A DNA stretch of 64,000 bases from positions 10,595 to 74,594 of the forward strand of contig JBCCQY010000028.1 of assembly GCA_039208735.1 (NCBI GenBank), written 5' to 3'. A program made the position numbers and the translations under genes. The stretch's first letter is position 1. Each line of letters begins with the position of its first letter. This document shows positions 48,350-56,433 of this stretch, piece by piece. This DNA comes from Myxococcota bacterium. Its GTDB lineage: Bacteria > Myxococcota_A > UBA796 > GCA-2862545. The notes below the pieces were generated by a model, which did not search any database, was not told the DNA's origin, and was given only the letters and a program-made list of their open reading frames with translations.

Positions 48350-49396
48350 TTGATGTGGATGTGGTGGCTTGTGGCCTGTGTTTCGCTGCCCGAACAGCAG
48401 GCGGAATACCTGCGTGGCGCCTATTTCAACTGGAATGGCTTCAACCACCGCGTATCTGCCGTGCAATTCGCGGCCAATGAAGGGCAAGCCGAAATGGTGG
48501 TCATCGGCGGCACGTCCACCACCCTGACTCCGGCCGACCTCGATGATGGCTGCGACCCCGGCATCTGCCTCGAGTTTCCGTTTATCGACAACTCGGTGGC
48601 CCGCTTGGGCTGGGGCCGCCTGACCTCTGACACCGTCGCGCTTGGCACAGGGTCGGTCGAGTTTGACGTCCCCCGAGCGGGCGCGTCCAGCACCCTCGAC
48701 ATTGAACTCGACGGGGTTCCGGGTGGCGAAGTGACGGCCATTCTGACGGGGTTCGGGCTCAACACCGACCGTCCGTTGGCGGGCGAGGCGGCCTGCTACC
48801 GCCCCGAGTACGGCTGGCACCCTCGGCGCATCGCGCTTAGCATCGACGACGTCACGGTCAGCGGCAAAACGGCCACGGTGGCCGTGAGGGCTGCGTTCGA
48901 GGCCGGCGCCACCTTCGAGGCCGAACGCGTCTGCATCGATGAGGTGTTTGAGCGCGCGGTGGCCGCCATGCGTCTGGACGTGCTGGTCTTGGCCGGAGTG
49001 GACGTGGTCACCGCCCAGACCATCACTGCGGCCGCCGACTATCCCTTCGGCGACCAGGTGAATCCCAAGCCCCAAGAAGAAGCCGAACCCACGCCCCTCA
49101 GCAACGTCGCGCCGGTGAATGGGTGGCAATCGGTCGACTTCGCATTCGATGCCGGCGACGGCCGCGGCGCCTACCTCCGAAGTTTCGGCTTCGAGATTAC
49201 CGAGGCGGGGGCCGCAGGCATCGCGACCAATTTCTCTCCGGGAACCCAGCTTTCTGGCATGTCCTACACCTTCGAAGGGACCGTCCTCGCCATCGAGGCG
49301 GACGGTGCGGTGCAGACCGGAACGGTAGCCGTTGAGGAACTCCCTGCCGAACTCGATGGCGACGACAACCCAGAGGTCCAGACCTTCCCACTTTGA
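48350..49396 (+). CDS. Hypothetical beta-rich lipoprotein
   Basis: Lipobox LVAC; Cys pairs; beta-rich composition. Confidence 0.6.
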   Translation: MMWMWWLVACVSLPEQQAEYLRGAYFNWNGFNHRVSAVQFAANEGQAEMVVIGGTSTTLTPADLDDGCDPGICLEFPFIDNSVARLGWGRLTSDTVALGTGSVEFDVPRAGASSTLDIELDGVPGGEVTAILTGFGLNTDRPLAGEAACYRPEYGWHPRRIALSIDDVTVSGKTATVAVRAAFEAGATFEAERVCIDEVFERAVAAMRLDVLVLAGVDVVTAQTITAAADYPFGDQVNPKPQEEAEPTPLSNVAPVNGWQSVDFAFDAGDGRGAYLRSFGFEITEAGAAGIATNFSPGTQLSGMSYTFEGTVLAIEADGAVQTGTVAVEELPAELDGDDNPEVQTFPL

Positions 49397-49474
49397 GCCA
49401 GCCGGTCAACGTCTCCTCGCCTCCCTGGAACGGCTGATGTAAGGGAATGCCACCCCCTGGAAATGGAGCGTGGC

Positions 49475-50653
49475 ATGGCGGGAGATGACGACAAGGGCAG
49501 CGGTGGAAATCCTGGCATGCCTCCCGGGATGCCTCCCATGCCTGGGATGCCCCAGATGCCCGGAATGCCCATGCCCGGAATGCCGCAGATGCCCGGCCAA
49601 ATGCCTGGGATGCCCCAGATGCCCGGCCAAATGCCTGGGATGCCCCAGATGGGGATGGGACAAATGGGCGGCGGCAATCCCATGATGCAGATGATGCAGA
49701 TGATGCAAATGATGATGGGGGGAGCGGCAGCCCCCATGGTCGACCCCTCGGCAATGCCGTTTGCGATGAGCGCGCCCGTTCCCGACCAGGATCAAGGGCT
49801 CGATTCCGACATCATCCGTCCGGCGACGTTCGATGAATTGGTGCGCGAGCAAGAACCTCTGCCGACGGGATCGATCCTCGATCAACTCTGCCTTTCGGCC
49901 GACGGTGCAACAGCGTTGGGTGGCATTCCCAAGGGATGCACCATGGCGTTTGTGGGTCCTCCCGGCAAGGGCAAGACGCGGACGGCGCTTGCGGCCCTCG
50001 CGCGGACCGCTCAATCGGGCATGAAGGTCGCGTTCGTCGTCGCCGAAGAAGGCTTCCACACCGAAAGCGGGAGTGGGCGCGACGACCTTTGCTCGCGGCT
50101 CACCAAGATCGGCGGGGCCGTCACGGGACTCGACGAAACGGCATTCCGCGAACAGGTGCTCGACAACCTCTACGTGCTCGAGTCGCAGTACCACAAAGGT
50201 CAGACCTGGGACGACTTCATCGCGCGGTACCGCTACCTCGTCGAGAAGGCGGAAATCGACTTCGTGGTCATCGACTCGCTGAACATGCTCGACCCAACCA
50301 AGCACCGCACGGCCGACAACCTCTCCGCCCTCAAGACCTACAACCACGAAAAGGGTGTGACCTGCCTTTGCATCGGGCAGATCAAGGACACGGGCCTTCC
50401 GGTGGGCGGCGAAGCCCTCATGCACACCGCCGACGCCGTGTTTCTCATCGAACAGCTCTCGCTCGGCAGCAAGGACATGGCCGCCCTGTGGGGAGGAGCC
50501 TACCGCGACAAGATCGATGTCATCCGCGCCGTGAAGTCGGTGACCACGCCCACGTTCCCTCATTTGGCCCGCGTCGAGCAGGCCGCGGACACCGGCGCAC
50601 TGGTCGTGCATGAAGCACAGCCGGCCGACTTTGCGCTGCCCGAGCTGCCCTGA
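49475..50653 (+). CDS. RecA/KaiC/RAD55-fold ATPase with N-terminal M/P/G/Q low-complexity region
   Basis: TG..LD...GGIP.G, Walker A GPPGKGKT, EE, Walker B FVVIDS, H..DA motifs; alternative start 49463. Confidence 0.8.
   Translation: MAGDDDKGSGGNPGMPPGMPPMPGMPQMPGMPMPGMPQMPGQMPGMPQMPGQMPGMPQMGMGQMGGGNPMMQMMQMMQMMMGGAAAPMVDPSAMPFAMSAPVPDQDQGLDSDIIRPATFDELVREQEPLPTGSILDQLCLSADGATALGGIPKGCTMAFVGPPGKGKTRTALAALARTAQSGMKVAFVVAEEGFHTESGSGRDDLCSRLTKIGGAVTGLDETAFREQVLDNLYVLESQYHKGQTWDDFIARYRYLVEKAEIDFVVIDSLNMLDPTKHRTADNLSALKTYNHEKGVTCLCIGQIKDTGLPVGGEALMHTADAVFLIEQLSLGSKDMAALWGGAYRDKIDVIRAVKSVTTPTFPHLARVEQAADTGALVVHEAQPADFALPELP
49511..49718 (+). repeat. Coding low-complexity repeat (MPG/MPQ/MMQ)n
   Basis: Includes an exact tandem 30-nt unit CAGATGCCCGGCCAAATGCCTGGGATGCCC and ATGATGCAG repeats. 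Confidence 0.9.
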
Positions 50654-52581
50654 TGCACTTCGTCGACACCGACGACCTCCGCAGCTGGCTCGCCGCGGAC
50701 GACCATCTTCGCGACTACACCACCGGCATCGGGCGCAACGCGTTGTCCGACCGGTTCATGGAGCGCGAGCTGGGGCTGCCCCTCCACCTTGCCTTCGTGA
50801 TGCGCCGCCTCGTCGCTGAAGATCCCGCGGCCACCATGGAGCGACTGTCCTCCATCCCGTTTTACAGCCTCTGCAAAGCGTTGTTCCTTCCCTTGTCCGG
50901 CATGTCGCCCGACAAGGCAGGCGCCGTGTTTGGGCTGGCCACTCCCGCCCCGCCTCGGGCGGCAGAACGCGAGGTTCTGCTCGGCGAGTTTCTAAGCAAG
51001 GACGTCGGTCTCGACCTTGTTCAGAAACTGTCGTGCATCTTGGGGGATCCGTTTCGCGGCAAGCCGGCCACCCTCAAGCGCGACTCGCTCATCACGTTGT
51101 TGCTGTCGATGCAGCTCACAACGCGACGTCAGCTCCTGGATCGACTCACCGTCGTCGGCGATGTCGCGGTTCTTTTTGCGGAGTCCCGGTCCGAGCCGGT
51201 CGGCAACAAGACGTTGACCGCGGCCGAGGTGCTCGAGACCTTGCGCACCCTCGCCCAACCGGGGGTCGGCCGAACGTTGAAGTTCTCGCTGCTTCGATCG
51301 GTGGTGGAGCGATGCAGTAAGCTCGAAGCCTACTTCCTCGCCAAACTGGTGCTCAAGAAAGCGGGGTTTGGCTTCGACTACCAAGGCCCCCTGCTCGCAC
51401 GCTCCCTTGCCGAGCACTTCGGCGCCGCGCCCGAAGCCGTCGCCCACGCCATGGCGCTCACCGACGCATTTCAGGTCGTGGACCGGTTGGCGCGGGAAGG
51501 TTCTGCCGGCCTGCAAGCGATTCAACTGCAACCCCTCGTCCCAGTCCGCCCGGCCTTGGCCACCGGATCGAGCGACGCCATCAAGCAGTTTCCCGTCTGG
51601 GTGGAGCGCAAGTACGACGGCATCCGCTTCATGCTCCACAAGTCGACCGACGCACAAGGGGCGGTGCTTTGTGGGGCCTACACAAGAACGCGTCGGGACT
51701 GGCTCGAGTTGGTGCCAGGCCTTGCGGCGAGCATTCGAGCGTTTCCCGCCCGCACCGCGATCGTGGATGGGGAACTGTATGGAGTGGTCGCGGGGAATTA
51801 CGGAGCCCGCCCCGCAACCGTTTACGAGCTGTACGCGGTGCTACAGGGCGAAGCCAAGCCCCTGCAGATCAAGTTCGCTGCGTTCGACCTGCTTTACGTC
51901 GAGGGGCGTGACCTCACCGGCATGCCGTGGAACCAACGACGCCAGTTTCTACAGACCCTGCTCGGCCCCATGCAGCACTTCCCGCTGATGGTGCCCATGC
52001 AGCTTGCCGAAGGCCAGTACGCCCAGGGCAAGGACGATGTGAATCGGCTCTACGGCCACTTTCGAAGCCAGGGCTACGAAGGCATCATTGCGAAAGATCC
52101 ACAAGGCCCCTACCGACTCGCCCAGCGCGACCCGACCTGGACCAAACGGAAGCCCGCCATCACCCTCGATCTGGTTCTGCTCGCGGCGGTGTTCGCCGTG
52201 ACCGAGAAGAAGACGGCGGGGGTGTTTGGGTCGTATGTGATTGGCGCCCGCACGGCCGATGGTGGCTTCGTCGATGTGGGCGACGTCGCGGGGGTCGACG
52301 TGCAACGCGACCGCCAACTGCAGGCCGAAATCATGCGCGAAGGGTTGATCACGGGCCAGCGCGTTGAGCGCAAGAGCATGTCGGGAGCGCGTCCCGGCAT
52401 GGAGCTTAGGCCCCACATCGTCGTCACGGTGCGATTCGAGGGCATCGTCAAGGACTCGACCACCCAAGAACTCAAACTCCGAGATCCGAAGCTCGTCCAC
52501 ATTCGAAGCGACAAAAGCGCATTCGAAGCCGACTCGGTCAAGACGATCGAGACTCTTTGGATCCGACAGAACATGGGCTGA
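50653..52581 (+). CDS. ATP-dependent DNA ligase with helical N-terminal domain
   Basis: Motif I ERKYDGIR, III VDGEL, IIIa FDLL, IV EGIIAK, V WTKRK, VI LRDPK...RSDK; TGATG coupling to the ATPase. Confidence 0.88.
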   Translation: MHFVDTDDLRSWLAADDHLRDYTTGIGRNALSDRFMERELGLPLHLAFVMRRLVAEDPAATMERLSSIPFYSLCKALFLPLSGMSPDKAGAVFGLATPAPPRAAEREVLLGEFLSKDVGLDLVQKLSCILGDPFRGKPATLKRDSLITLLLSMQLTTRRQLLDRLTVVGDVAVLFAESRSEPVGNKTLTAAEVLETLRTLAQPGVGRTLKFSLLRSVVERCSKLEAYFLAKLVLKKAGFGFDYQGPLLARSLAEHFGAAPEAVAHAMALTDAFQVVDRLAREGSAGLQAIQLQPLVPVRPALATGSSDAIKQFPVWVERKYDGIRFMLHKSTDAQGAVLCGAYTRTRRDWLELVPGLAASIRAFPARTAIVDGELYGVVAGNYGARPATVYELYAVLQGEAKPLQIKFAAFDLLYVEGRDLTGMPWNQRRQFLQTLLGPMQHFPLMVPMQLAEGQYAQGKDDVNRLYGHFRSQGYEGIIAKDPQGPYRLAQRDPTWTKRKPAITLDLVLLAAVFAVTEKKTAGVFGSYVIGARTADGGFVDVGDVAGVDVQRDRQLQAEIMREGLITGQRVERKSMSGARPGMELRPHIVVTVRFEGIVKDSTTQELKLRDPKLVHIRSDKSAFEADSVKTIETLWIRQNMG

Positions 52582-53192
52582 TGATGTTGTTGGAAGGTGA
52601 CTTTGAGGATGAGACCTTCGAAGATTTGGAAGCGTCCGGCGTCACCATCGAACGGGCCATCTACGAGCGTTGTCGGTTCGTGGGCTGCGCCTTCGAGGAG
52701 CTGGCGTTCTCGGATTCTCGTTTTGTAGACTGCAGTTTCGAGCGGTGCAACCTGGTTGGGGTTCGCTTTGTCGACACCCTCTTGCAAGGCGTCGCCTTCG
52801 AAGGCGGGCGCGCCATGGGCCTCGACTTCACCCAGACGCGCAAGCTGTCCTTGTCGCTGCGGTTTACCGACGCCAAGGTCGATCTGTCGAATTTCGCAGG
52901 GTTGCCGTTGCGCGGAACGCGTTTTGAGGACTGTAGCCTTCGCGACGTCATCTTCGACGACTGCGATCTCCGTGAGTCGGTGTTTAAGGGCTCGGACCTT
53001 GCCGGAGCGGTGTTCCGGCATGTCAAACTCGCGCGGGCGGACCTTCGCAAGACCCGCAGCGCGCTCATCGACGTGGCCACGTGTTCGTTAGGGGAAACCC
53101 AGATCGACGTGGACACTGCGTTGGCGGCGCTTCGCGACGTAGGGCTGCACTGTGCCTCCCTCGAAGAGATGTTTGGCCAACGAGACGCGTAA
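52581..53192 (+). CDS. Pentapeptide-repeat protein (Qnr/MfpA-like composition)
   Basis: Continuous (C/S)xFxx pentapeptides; TGATG coupling to the ligase stop. Confidence 0.85.
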   Translation: MMLLEGDFEDETFEDLEASGVTIERAIYERCRFVGCAFEELAFSDSRFVDCSFERCNLVGVRFVDTLLQGVAFEGGRAMGLDFTQTRKLSLSLRFTDAKVDLSNFAGLPLRGTRFEDCSLRDVIFDDCDLRESVFKGSDLAGAVFRHVKLARADLRKTRSALIDVATCSLGETQIDVDTALAALRDVGLHCASLEEMFGQRDA

Positions 53193-53253
53193 ACACAGCG
53201 GATGACCAACGTAGCCGGGTAGGCTAAATCGCTCGATGAGCGTGGGAGCAGGC

Positions 53254-53919
53254 ATGCAAAGGCATTGGCTCGGGATGATGGGATTGGCGGTCATGGGATG
53301 CGGCGACCCGTTTCCTCCCATCGACAACACGATCACCCTCGACGACACGAGCCCCGACGAGACGGGCACCACCATACCCATCGACACGACGCCTACCGCC
53401 GAGACCGGCAAGCCCACAGTGCCAAAGACCACCCCGGAGCCCCAGCCGGACGACGTGGAATTCACGATTCAGCTCGAGCGCATCGAGCTGCTCACACAGA
53501 ACTGCGACGGGGGCACCAACGGCCCCGCGGCTGAGATCTACTACGATCTAAGGGTGGGCAATCAGTTCGGATGGCAGCTCGTGGTCGCCCGCGACGCAAG
53601 CGACAACATCGACATGCTGCCCATCGGCGACCCCGAGGCGATGCCCCTCGAACTCAATGCGGACCCCGTCACCCTTCGCATCAACGAAGACGGCCAAGAC
53701 CAGCTCATCATCTTTGGGCAGATCTACGACCGTGACGTGACGTCCGACAACGATCTCATCGCAAACTACGACGATTTGATTTGGATGTTCCCCGCCGATG
53801 TTCCGCTTGGCACCACCGCATTCACCCGGGCCGGTCCTTCGCAGAACCCACCCGAAGACCAATGTGAAGCTTCGCTGTTCGTCACGATCGAACGCGTCAA
53901 GCCCAAACCCAATCCCTGA
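53254..53919 (+). CDS. Lipoprotein with Thr/Pro linker and C2-like domain
   Basis: Lipobox VMGC; IYDRDVTSDNDLI resembles a C2 Ca-binding loop. Confidence 0.55.
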   Translation: MQRHWLGMMGLAVMGCGDPFPPIDNTITLDDTSPDETGTTIPIDTTPTAETGKPTVPKTTPEPQPDDVEFTIQLERIELLTQNCDGGTNGPAAEIYYDLRVGNQFGWQLVVARDASDNIDMLPIGDPEAMPLELNADPVTLRINEDGQDQLIIFGQIYDRDVTSDNDLIANYDDLIWMFPADVPLGTTAFTRAGPSQNPPEDQCEASLFVTIERVKPKPNP

Positions 53920-54199
53920 TTCAATGCAAACGCAGGGATCTGACGCCCCGTTCAGATTGGGCGAAGCCCCACGATCGGACGACGTGAGCCGCGAAGGGCA
54001 TTCTTCGGCGAATGTAGGAAAGGACTCGTATTCCCAGGTCTGAACCAGAATTTCCTGCCAAGGTCCTCACGCCGTAAGGTTCGCTTGCGACGGACGCTTG
54101 ACGAACCCGTCGCACAGCCGGCACAATCCCGGGCACGGTATTCGTTCACTCACCGAACGAATCCCAGTTGAACAGGTTCTGCGCACCAGTGGAGGAGAC

Positions 54200-54940
54200 A
54201 TGCGCTTCCTTTCCATCGCGACGCTCACGCTCGCACTGACCGCTTGCACGGGCGACGACCCCAAGGACGAGTCGGCCGTTGAGGGTGATGCCGACACCGA
54301 CGCGGATTCCGATGCGGATTCCGACGCGGACTCGGATGCCGATACCGACGCGGATTCCGATGCGGATTCCGACGCCGATACGGATGCGGACACCGACACC
54401 GACGTGCCCGACACCGACGGTGCGATTCCGTGGTCCTTCGACGAGACCAAGCCCCCCTTCACCTTCGTGGTGTTTGGCAACTTCGGTGGCGGATTCCCCG
54501 CGGCCATCGTCACCGACCCGACCGATGCGACCAACAAGGTCCTGAACATCCAACGCCAAGTCGGCGAGTGCTTCGACGGCGTGACCATCTCGACCGTCAA
54601 GAAGGACGACGCGGTGCCCCAGCTCACCATCAACGGCACCACCACGCAGATCTCGGCCCGCGTGTGGTCGGAGAGCGCCGGCGCGCGCATCCTCCTCAAG
54701 ATCGAAAACTCGACCGAACCGACCGTGTTCGTCGAGACCCTCGCCTCCACCACCATGGCGGGTGCTTGGGAGACCGTCACCTGGGACTTCGCGAACCCGA
54801 TGCCCAACATGGCACCGATCGACCCGAACGCTGTCTACGACAAGATCAGCGTCTTCCCCAACTTCTACTGCGACGAGGGCGCGCCCGTTCCCGCCGCGAC
54901 CGAAGAGTTCTACTTCGACGACTTCGACTACGCGAACTGA
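54200..54940 (+). CDS. Lipoprotein with Asp-rich repeat stalk and CBM-like domain
   Basis: Lipobox LTAC; (DAD[S/T])n; LKIEN...WETVTWDF...YDKISVFP...FYFDD jelly-roll pattern; GGAGG RBS. Confidence 0.75.
   Translation: MRFLSIATLTLALTACTGDDPKDESAVEGDADTDADSDADSDADSDADTDADSDADSDADTDADTDTDVPDTDGAIPWSFDETKPPFTFVVFGNFGGGFPAAIVTDPTDATNKVLNIQRQVGECFDGVTISTVKKDDAVPQLTINGTTTQISARVWSESAGARILLKIENSTEPTVFVETLASTTMAGAWETVTWDFANPMPNMAPIDPNAVYDKISVFPNFYCDEGAPVPAATEEFYFDDFDYAN
54287..54403 (+). repeat. Coding tandem repeat (D-A-D-S/T)n
   Basis: About ten 12-nt units such as GAYGCGGATTCC and GAYGCCGAYACC. Confidence 0.9.
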
Positions 54941-54980
54941 TCTCGTCGCCGCAATTTGCGGCGTCGAACCAATGTTCCCC

Positions 54981-55019
54981 ACCACCCTGAGGCTCCTCGC
55001 CTCGGGGTGGTTTGGTTTT
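54981..55019 (+). terminator. Intrinsic terminator
   Basis: Stem ACCACCCTGAGGC-tcctc-GCCTCGGGGTGGT followed by TTGGTTTT, between convergent genes. Confidence 0.65.
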
Positions 55020-55878
55020 AGCGCTCGCGGGCTCGGGCCGTGGCGTCCGGAAGGGCTCGCTCGGGAAGCGACGGGTCGCACAACTGGACGTACCAACCGC
55101 TCAAGAACTTGTTTTCGGCGTCCAGGGCTCGCGTGTGCGACGGCATGTCCTGCCCGCGCTCGAGTCGATGCACGCTCGGCATGGCTTGGTTGCTCCGAAG
55201 GCAGTGCACAAACTCGCGACGGATGGACTTGAGGTCCCGCACCACCGCACTTCGGCAAGCTTCGGCCTTGCGCCGTCCGACCCGCTCACACACATCGAGC
55301 TGGGCCTCGGTAATCATCCGGAACCACCGCTGGGTGATGGCCTGTTCGATGAGACCGGAACGCTCGGACTGCAGGGCTTCGCGGATGGCGGCCTCGGCTT
55401 CCAAATCCGCCTCGGTCTGCTCAAGGCGTGAACGCGTGGCCGCCAGCTTGTCGACGAGCTGGTCCTTGGTGCGCTTGAGCGAAGCCACCTCGAGTTGGGC
55501 CTCCGCGATCTCCACCCTTGCCTTTTCGATGGCCTCGTTGAGTTCAGCACTCGCGGCCTTGGAGATGTCTGGTGTTTCGAGCTGAGCCCGAAGTTCGGCC
55601 ACCCGCTGTTCGCGCTCCGCCACCTGGCCTTCAAGGCCCGAAATCTGCGCCCGAATCTCGGACAACCGGGTCTTCTGGGCCTCCACGATTGGCTCACAGG
55701 CATCGCGTAGCTCGATCAGCGAGCCGTCACCGAGTCCGGTGAATCCATGATCTTCACGGGCGTACCATCCCACCGTTCCACCGATCAGCATGCCAAAAAA
55801 CATCGCAATCACGGTTGAAACAAAGGGAACTACGGCGGTCAGTACAGCTAGCGACCGCTCGCCTTCTTTGTTGCTCAT
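55018..55878 (-). CDS. Membrane-anchored long coiled-coil protein with Cys-containing C-terminal domain
   Basis: N-terminal TM, heptad region and several Cys near the C-terminus; purine-rich RBS. Confidence 0.7.
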   Translation of the reverse strand: MSNKEGERSLAVLTAVVPFVSTVIAMFFGMLIGGTVGWYAREDHGFTGLGDGSLIELRDACEPIVEAQKTRLSEIRAQISGLEGQVAEREQRVAELRAQLETPDISKAASAELNEAIEKARVEIAEAQLEVASLKRTKDQLVDKLAATRSRLEQTEADLEAEAAIREALQSERSGLIEQAITQRWFRMITEAQLDVCERVGRRKAEACRSAVVRDLKSIRREFVHCLRSNQAMPSVHRLERGQDMPSHTRALDAENKFLSGWYVQLCDPSLPERALPDATARARER

Positions 55879-55922
55879 GGCTCCCCTCTACCTCCCCTCG
55901 TCGGTCTCAAGACCATCACTCC

Positions 55923-55939
55923 TGGCACAACACGTGCCA
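55923..55939. promoter_or_regulatory. Palindromic sigma54-like -24/-12 element
   Basis: TGGCAC-AACAC-GTGCCA gives GG-N10-GC spacing on both strands (minus strand reads TGGCACG-TGTT-GTGC). Confidence 0.5.
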
Positions 55940-56033
55940 TGAGCTGACGAGGGGAGAGAGAGAATGGGCGGGCCCCCACCGTGGCGCGGGGATGTTGATG
56001 GCAAGGGCACCGCCCCGGAGCACTCGGGACATG

Positions 56034-56049
56034 TGCAGGACCCGTGCCA
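56034..56049 (-). promoter_or_regulatory. Sigma54 promoter candidate
   Basis: Minus strand reads TGGCACG-GGTC-CTGCA, close to the consensus TGGCACG-N4-TTGCW. Confidence 0.55.
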
Positions 56050-56433
56050 AGTTCGAACGCTAGGGTTCCCACACGACCTCCTAGGGCTCAAAGAGCTGCT
56101 AACAGGGTGACAATCAAATCCCAGACCCGTTTCATAAGTCCAGCGAAGACTTCAGGGGGGGATGGAGGCCATCGCGGTCCTTTTTCCGCACCCTGACTAC
56201 CCCACCTGTCCCCCCGCCGCCCGGGACCAACCGATGGTCAAGTCTCGAACCGCACGATCCGATTGCCCGTCTGTGACCCTCTGGTGCGAGCCCCACCTCG
56301 AACCAGGACCCTTCGGGGTTCGGCGCCCTGGTGTAACCTCAGTGAGACCAAGAAAGGACGCCCGCTTCCGAACGGAGCCACGGCTTCGAGATTTGGCCTT
56401 CCGAGGGCTGGATCGCCACAGAGGGGGGAACTC

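Noticed and set aside
49475..50653. radA/sms, recA or kaiC gene symbol
   Set aside because: No zinc finger, KNRFG or Lon domain; single ATPase domain; no RecA signature recognised, so no symbol was assigned.
54287..54403. Short direct repeats as a CRISPR array
   Set aside because: In-frame 12-nt coding repeats with no unique spacers and no cas genes.
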